Position numbers and translations under genes: made by a program. Shown here piece after piece: positions 56,402 to 64,000 of a DNA stretch of 64,000 nt (position 1 is the first letter of the stretch; every line of letters begins with the position of its first letter). This DNA is from the human T2T-CHM13v2.0 reference genome, Homo sapiens. Where the stretch lies: assembly GCF_009914755.1 (NCBI RefSeq), contig NC_060941.1, one strand, 5' to 3'. Under the pieces are notes generated by a model. The model had not been told where the DNA came from, ran no database searches, and was given only the letters and a program-made list of their open reading frames with translations.

Positions 56402-58947
56402 GAATTCGTTGGAAACGGGATAATTTCAGCTGACTAAACAGAAGCAGTCTCAGAATCTTCTTTGTGATGTTTGCATTCAAATCCCAGAATTGAACTTTAC
56501 TTTAAAGTTCACGTTTGAAACACTCTTTTTGCAGGATCTACAAGTGGATATTTGGACCACTCTGTGTCCTTCGTTCGAAACGGGTATATCTTCACATGAC
56601 ATCTAGACAGAAGCATTCTCAGAAGCTTCTCTGTGATGACTGCATTCAACTCACGGAGTTGAACACTCCTTTTGAGAGCGCAGTTTTGAAACTCTCTTTC
56701 TGTGGCATCCGCAAGGGGACATGTAGACCTCTTTGAAGATTTCGTTGGAAACGGAATCATCTTCACATAAAAACTATACAGATGCATTCTCAGGAACTTT
56801 TTGGTGATGTTTGTATTCAACTCCCAGAGTTGAACTTTCCTTTGGAAAGAGCAGCTATGAAACACTCTTTTTCTAGAATCTGCAAGTGGACGTTTGGAGG
56901 GCTTTGTGGTTTGTGGTGGAAAAGGAAATATCTTCACCTAAATACTAGAGAGAAGCATTCTCAGAAACTCCTTTGTGATGATTGCATTCACCTTACAGAG
57001 TTGAACATTCCTATTGATAGAGCAGTTTGGAAACACTGTTGTTGTGGAATGTGCAAGTGGAGATTTGGAGCGCTTTGAGGCCTATGGTAGTAAAGGGAAT
57101 AGCTTCATAGAAAAACTAGACAGAAGCATTCTCAGAAAATACTTTGTGATGATTGAGTTGAACTCACAGAGCTGAACATTCCTTTGGATGGAGCAGGTTT
57201 GAGACACACTTTTTGTAGAATCTACAAGTGGATATTTGGACCTCTCTGAGGATTTCGTTGGAAACGGGATAACTGCACCTAACTAAACGGAAGCATTCTC
57301 AGAAACTTCTTGGTGATGTTTGCATTCAAATCCCAGAGTTGAACCTTCCTTTGATAGTTCAGGTTTGAAACACTCTTTTTGTAGGATCTGCAAGTGGATA
57401 TTTGGACCACTCTGTGGCCTTCGTTCGAAACGGGTACATCTTCGCATAAAATCTAGACAGAAGCCTTCTCAGAAACTTCTCTGTGCTGATTGCATTCAAC
57501 TCACAGAGTTGAACCCTCCTATGGATAGAGCAGTGTTGAAACTCTCTTTTTGTGGAATCTGCAAGTGGATATGTGGACCTCTCCGAAGATGTCTTTGGAA
57601 ACGGGAATATCTTCACATAAAAACTAAACAGAAGCATTCTCAGAAACTTCTCTGTGATGTTTGTGTTCAACTCCCAGAGTTTCACATTGCTTTTCATAGA
57701 GTAGTTCTGAAACATGCTTTTCGTAGTGTCTGCAAGTGGACATTTGGAGCGCTTTCAGGCCTGTGGTGGAAAACGAATTATGGTCACATAAAAACTGGAG
57801 AGAAGCATTGTCAGAAACTTCTTTGTGATGATTGCATTCAACTCACAGAGTTGAAGGTTCCTTTTCAAACAGCAGTTTCCAATCACTCTTTCTGTGGAAT
57901 CTGCAAGTGGATATTTCGACCTCTTTGAAGATTTCGTTGGAAACGGGAGAATCTTCACAGAAAAGCTAAACAGAAGCATTCTCAGAAACTTCTTTGTGAT
58001 GCTTGCATTCAACTCACAGAGTTGAACTTTCCTTTCGAGAGAGAAGCTTTGAAACACTCTTTTTCCAGAATGTTCAAGTGGATATTTGCAGGGCTTTGAG
58101 GCCTGTGGTGGAAAAGGAATTATCTTCCCGTAAAAGCTAGATAGAAGCATTCTCAGAAACTACTTTGTGATGATTGCATTCAAGTCACAGAGTTGAACAT
58201 TCCCTTTGACAGAGCAGTTTGGAAACTCTCTTTGTGTAGAATCTGCAAGTGGAGATATGGACCGCTTTGAGGCCTATGGTAGTAAAGGAAATAGATTCAT
58301 ATAAAAGCTAGACAGTAGCATTCACAGAAAACACTTGGTGACGACCGAGTTTAACTCACAGAGCTGAACATTCCTTTGAATGGAGCAGTTTCGAAACACA
58401 CTATTTGTAGAATGTGCAAGTGGATATTTGGGCCTCTCTGAGGATTTCGTTGGAAACGGGATAAACCGCACAGAACTAAACAGAAGCATTCTCAGAACCT
58501 TCTTCGTGATGTTTGCATTCAACTCACAGTGTTGAACCTTTCTTTGATAGTTCAGGTTTGAAACGGTCTTTCTGTAGAAACTGCAAGTAGATATTTGGAC
58601 CTCTCTGAGGATTTCGTTGGAAACGGGATAAACCGCACAGAACTAAACAGAAGCATTCTCAGAACCTTCTTCTTGATGTCTGCATTCAACTCACAGTGTG
58701 GAACCTTTCTTTGATAGTTCAGGTTTGAAACACTCTTTTTGTAGAAACTGCAAGGGGATAATTGCACTTCTTTGAGGCCTACCGTAGTAAAGGAAATATC
58801 TTCCTATAGAAAGAAGACAGAAGCTTTCTCAGAAAATTCTTTGGGATGATTGAGTGGAATTCACAGAGCTGAACATTCCTTGCGATGTAGCAGTTTAGAA
58901 ACACACTTTCTGCAGAATCTGCAAGTGCATATTTGGACCTCTCTGAG

Positions 58948-60979
58948 GAATTCGTTGGAAACGGGATAATTTCAGCTGACTAAACAGAAGCAGTCTCAGA
59001 ATCTTCTTTGTGATGTTTGCATTCAAATCCCAGAGTTGAACTTTCCTTTCAAAGTTCATGTTTCAAACACTCTTTTTGCAGGATCTACAAGTGGATATTT
59101 AGACCACTCTGTGTCCTTCGTTCGAAACGGGTATATCTTCACATGACATCTAGACAGAAGCATTCTCAGAAGCTTCTCTGTGATGACTGCATTCAACTCA
59201 CGGAGTTGAACACTCCTTTTGAGAGCGCAGTTTTGAAACTCTCTTTCTGTGGCATCTGCAAGGGGACATGTAGACCTCTTTGAAGATTTCATTGGAAACG
59301 GAATCATCTTCACATAAAAACTATACAGATGCATTCTCAGGAATTTTTGGTGATGTTTGTATTCAACTCCCAGAGTTGAACTTTCCTTTGGAAAGAGCAG
59401 CTATGAAACACTCTTTTTCTAGAATCTGCAAGTGGACGTTTGGAGGGCTTTGTGGATTGTGGTGGAAAAGGTAATATCTTCACCTAAATACTAGAGAGAA
59501 GCATTCTCAGAAACTGCTTTGTGATGATTGCATTCAACTCACAGAGTTGAAGGTTCCTTTTCAAACAGCAGTTTCCAATCACTCTTTCTGTGGAATCTGC
59601 AAGTGGATATTTGGACCTCTTTGAAGATTTCGTTGGAAACGGGAGAATCTTCACAGAAAAGCTAAACAGAAGCATTCTCAGAAACTTCTTTGTGATGCTT
59701 GCATTCAACTCACAGAGTTGAACTTTCCTTTCGAGAGAGAAGCTTTGAAACACTCTTTTTCCAGAATCTGCAAGTGGACATTTGGAGGGCTTTGAGGCCT
59801 GTGGTGGAAAAGAAATTATCTTCCCGTAAAAGCTAGATAGAAGCATTCTCAGAAACTACTTTGTGATGATTGCATTCAAGTCACAGAGTTGAACATTCCC
59901 TTTGACAGAGCAGTTTGGAAACTCTCTTTGTGTAGAATCTGCAAGTGGAGATATGGACAGCTTTGAGGCCTATGGTAGTAAAGGAAATAGCTTCATATAA
60001 AAGCTAGACAGTAGCATTCACAGAAAACTCTTGGTGACGACTGAGTTTAACTCACAGAGCTGAACATTCCTTTGGATGGAGCAGTTTCGAAACAAACTAT
60101 TTGTAGAATCTGCAAGTGGATATGTGGGCCTCTCTGAGGATTTCGTTGGAAACAGGATAAACTGCACAGAACTAAACAGAAGCATTCTCAGAACCTTCTT
60201 CTTGATGTTTGCATTCAACTCACAGTGTTGAACCTTTCTTTGATAGTTCAGGTTTGAAACGGTCTTTCTATAGAAACTGCAAGTAGATATTTGGTCCTCT
60301 CGGAGGATTTCTTTGGAAACGGGATAAACCGCACAGAACTAAAACAGAAGCATTCTCAGAACCCTCTTCGTGATGTTTGCATTCAACTCACAGTGTTGAA
60401 CCTTTCTTTGATAGTTCAGCTTTGAAACGGTCTTTCTGTAGAAACTGCAAGTAGATATTTGGACCTCTCTGAGGATTTCGTTGGAAACGGGATAAACCGC
60501 ACAGAACTAAAACAGAAGCATTCTCAGAACCCTCTTCGTGATGTTTGCATTCAACTCACAGTGCTGAACCTTTCTTTGATAGTTCAGCTTTGAAACACTC
60601 TTCTTGTTGAAACTGCAAGTGGATATTTGGTCCTCTCTGAGGATTTCGTTGGAAACGGGATAAACCGCACAGAACTAAACAGAAGCATTCTCAGAACCTT
60701 CTTCGTGATGTCTGCATTCAACTCACAGTGTGGAACCTTTCTTTGATAGTTCAGGTTTGAAACACTCTTTTTGTAGAAACTGCAAGGGGATAATTGCACT
60801 TCTTTGAGGCCTACCGTAGTAAAGGAAATAACTTCCTATAGAAAGAAGACAGAAGCTTTCTCAGAAAATTCTTTGGGATGATTGAGTGGAACTCACAGAG
60901 CTGAACATTCCTTGCGATGTAGCAGTTTAGAAACACACTTTCTGCAGAATCTGCAAGTTCATATTTGGACCTCTCTGAG
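58948..60979 (+). repeat. 12-mer HOR variant (2032 bp): 5-monomer deletion plus a fourth copy of the triplet monomer
   Basis: Deletion junction within 59517-59536. Four consecutive box positions at about 60141, 60308, 60476 and 60644. Confidence 0.9.
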
Positions 60980-63695
60980 GAATTCTTTGGAAACGGGATA
61001 ATTTCAGCTGACTAAACAGAAGCAGTCTCAGAATCTTCTTTGTGATGTTTGCATTCAAATCCCAGAGTTGAACTTTCGTTTCAAAGTTCACGTTTGAAAC
61101 ACTCTTTTTGCAGGATCTACAAGTGGATATTTGGACCACTCTGTGTCCTTCGTTCGAAACGGGTATGTCTTCACATGACATCTAGACAGAAGCATTCTCA
61201 GAAGCTTCTCTGCGATGACTGCATTCAACTCACGGAGTTGAACACTCCTTTTGAGAGCGCAGTTTTGAAACTCTCTTTCTGTGGCATCTGCAAGGGGACA
61301 TGTAGACCTCTTTGAAGATTTCGTTGGAAACGGAATCATCTTCACATAAAAACTATACAGATGCATTCTCAGGAACTTTTTGGTGATGTTTGTATTCCAC
61401 TCCCAGAGTTGAACTTTCCTTTGGAAAGAGCAGCTATGAAACACTCTTTTTCTAGAATCTGCAAGTGGACGTTTGGAGGGCTTTGTGGTTTGTGGTGGAA
61501 AAGGAAATATCTTCACCTAAATACTAGAGAGAAGCATTCCCAGAAACTGCTTTGTGATGATTGCATTCACCTCACAGAGTTGAACATTCCTATTGATAGA
61601 GCAGTTTGGAAACACTCTTGTTGTGGAATGTGCAAGTGGAGATTTGGAGCGCTTTGAGGTCTATGGTAGTAAAGGGAATAGCTTCATAGAAAAACTAGAC
61701 CGAAGCATTCTCAGAAAATACTTTGTGATGATTGAGTTTAACTCACAGAGCTGAACATTCCTTTGGATGGAGCAGGTTTGAGACACACTTTTTGTAGAAT
61801 CTACAAGTGGATATTTGGACCTCTCTGAGGATTTCGTTGGAAACGCGATAACTGCACCTAACTAAACGGAAGCATTCTCAGAAACTTCTTGGTGATGTTT
61901 GCATTCAAATCCCAGAGTTGAACCTTCCTTTGATAGTTCAGGTTTGAAACACTCTTTTTGTAGGATCTGCAAGTGGATATTTGGACCACTCTGTGGCCTT
62001 CGTTCGAAACGTGTATATCTTCGTATAAAATCTAGACAGAAGCCTTCTCAGAAACTTCTCTGTGATGATTGCATTCAACTCACAGAGTTGAACCCTCCTA
62101 TGGATAGAGCAGTGTTGAAACTCTCTTTTTGTGTAATCTGCAAGTGGATATGTGGACCTCGCCGTAGATGTCTTTGGAAACGGGAATATCTTCACATAAA
62201 AACTAAACAGAAGCATTCTCAGAAACTTCTCTGTGATGTTTGTGTTCAACTCCCAGTGTTTCACATTGCTTTTCATAGAGTAGTTCTGAAACATGCTTTT
62301 CGTAGTGTCTACAAGTGGACATTTGGAGCGCTTTCAGGCCTGTGGTGGAAAACGAATTATGGTCACATAAAAACTGGAGAGAAGCATTGTCAGAAACTTC
62401 TTTGTGATGATTGCATTCAACTCACAGAGTTGAAGGTTCCTTTTCAAAGAGCAGTTTCCAATCACTCTTTCTGTGGAATCTGCAAGTGGATATTTGGACC
62501 TATTTTGAAGATTTCGTTGGAAACGGGAGAATCTTCACAGAAAAGCTAAACAGAAGCATTCTCAGAAACTTCCTTGTGATGCTTGCATTCAACTCACAGA
62601 GTTGAACTTTCCTTTCGAGAGAGAAGCTTTGAAACACTCTTTTTCCAGAATCTGCAAGTGGACATTTGGAGGGCTTTGAGGCCTGTGGTGGAAAAGGAAT
62701 TATCTTCCCGTAAAAGCTAGATAGAAACATTCTCAGAAACTACTTTGTGATGATTGCATTCAAGTCACAGAGTTGAACATTCCCTTTGACAGAGCAGTTT
62801 GGAAACTCTCTTTGTGTAGAATCTGCAAGTGGAGATATGGACCGCTTTGAGGCCTATGGTAGTAAAGGAAATAGCTTCATATAAAAGCTAGACAGTAGCA
62901 TTCACAGAAAACTCTTGGTGACGACTGAGTTTAACTCACAGAGCTGAACATTCCTTTGGATGGAGCAGTTTCGAAACACACTATTTGTACAATGTGCAAG
63001 TGGATATTTGGGCCTCTCTGAGGATTTCGCTGGAAACAGGATAAACCGCACAGAACTAAACAGAAGCATTCTCAGAACCTTCTTCGTGATGTTTGCATTC
63101 AACTCACAGTGTTGAACCTTTCTTTGATAGTTCAGGTTGGAAACGGTCTTTCTGTAGAAACTGCAAGTAGATATTTGGACCTCTCTGAGGATTTCGTTGG
63201 AAACGGGATAAACCGCACAGAACTAAAACAGAAGCATTCTCAGAACCCTCTTCGTGATGTTTGCATTCAACTCACAGTGCTGAACCTTTCTTTGATAGTT
63301 CAGCTTTGAAACACTCTTCTTGTAGAAACTGTAAGTGGATATTTGCTCCTCTCTGAGGATTTCGTTGTAGACGTGATACACCGCACAGAACTAAACAGAA
63401 GCATTCTCAGAACCTTCTTCGTGATGTCTGCATTCAACTCACAGTGTGGAACCTTTCTTTGATAGTTCAGGTTTGAAACACTCTTTTTGTAGAAACTGCA
63501 AGGGGATAATTGCACTTCTTTGAGGCCTACCGTAGTAAAGGAAATAACTTCCTATAGAAAGAAGACAGAAGCTTTCTCAGAAAATTCTGTGGGATGATTG
63601 AGTGGAACTCACAGAGCTGAACATTCCTTGCGATGTAGCAGTTTAGAAACACACTTTCTGCAGAATCTGCAAGTGCATATTTGGACCTCTCTGAG

Positions 63696-64000
63696 GAATT
63701 CGTTGGAAACGGGATAATTTCAGCTGACTAAACAGAAGCAGTCTCAGAATCTTCTTTGTGATGTTTGCATTCAAATCCCAGAGTTGAACTTTCCTTTCAA
63801 AGTTCACGTTTGAAACAGTCTTTTTGCAGGATCTACAAGTGGATATTTGGACCACTCTGTGTCCTTCGTTCGAAACGGGTATATCTTCACATGACATCTA
63901 GACAGAAGCATTCTCAGAAGCTTCTCTGTGATGACTGCATTCAACTCACGGATTTGAACACTCCTTTTGAGAGCGCAGTTTTGAAACTCTCTTTCTGTGG
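63696..64000 (+). repeat. Partial HOR (right edge)
   Basis: EcoRI site at 63696 followed by the first monomers of the next unit. Confidence 0.9.

Larger units (their letters stand above)
1..64000 (+). repeat. D17Z1: Alpha satellite HOR array, SF3 (W1-W5), most likely the human chr17 centromeric array D17Z1
   Basis: Continuous ~171-bp monomers (CATTCTCAGAAACTTCTTTGTGATG..., GAATCTGCAAGTGGATATTTGGA). CENP-B boxes TTCGTTGGAAACGGGA and A-type boxes GGTGGAAAAGGAA / GGTAGTAAAGG. 2716-bp 16-monomer period with one EcoRI site. Box order from EcoRI is BBBAA BBBA BAA BBB A. The chromosome call rests on the known 2.7-kb EcoRI 16-mer of D17Z1 with its 15-mer variant. Confidence 0.95.

Noticed and set aside
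428-63897. Recurrent 60-216 aa ORFs on both strands (MHSNPRVE..., MIGNCSLK..., MKIFPFP...), Cys-rich with ~57-aa periodicity
   Set aside because: They are translations of alpha satellite. 171 bp is divisible by 3, which gives the 57-aa period. Many start at TTG/GTG, they overlap on both strands, and stops appear and vanish with single SNPs between copies. There is no support for coding function.
1-64000. Regularly spaced conserved motif resembling a CRISPR repeat-spacer array
   Set aside because: The intervening sequences are homologous monomers, not unique spacers. The motif is the CENP-B box, and there are no cas genes.
1-64000. Possible L1/Alu insertion or strand inversion
   Set aside because: Every EcoRI interval is accounted for by a whole number of monomers. 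All boxes read in the same orientation, and no poly(A) or non-alphoid tract was seen.

Overview
The whole 64 kb is primate centromeric alpha satellite: ~167-171 bp monomers, one orientation throughout, with no genes or transposon insertions seen. The monomers form a higher-order repeat (HOR) of pentameric suprachromosomal family 3. The canonical unit is 2716 bp (16 monomers) with one EcoRI site and a tandem triplet of a CENP-B-box monomer, which matches human chromosome 17 D17Z1 (p17H8-type). I recognised this from established knowledge, not from a database search. With the EcoRI site as the unit boundary (2225, 4774, 7490, 10039, 12755, 15471, 18020, 19886, 22433, 25149, 27865, 30414, 32963, 35679, 38228, 40944, 43493, 46041, 48589, 51304, 53853, 56402, 58948, 60980, 63696), the 24 complete units read 15,16,15,16,16,15,11,15,16,16,15,15,16,15,16,15,15,15,16,15,15,15,12,16 monomers. 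All ORFs in the track are satellite artefacts, and I find no new protein-coding system. What is worth a second look is the array's internal structure: three differently built 15-mers, a 16+15 (5265 bp) super-period, SNP haplotypes in phase with unit length, two independent 850-bp deletions, a four-copy expansion of the triplet monomer, long-range copies of HOR blocks, and a cluster of broken CENP-B boxes near the right end.
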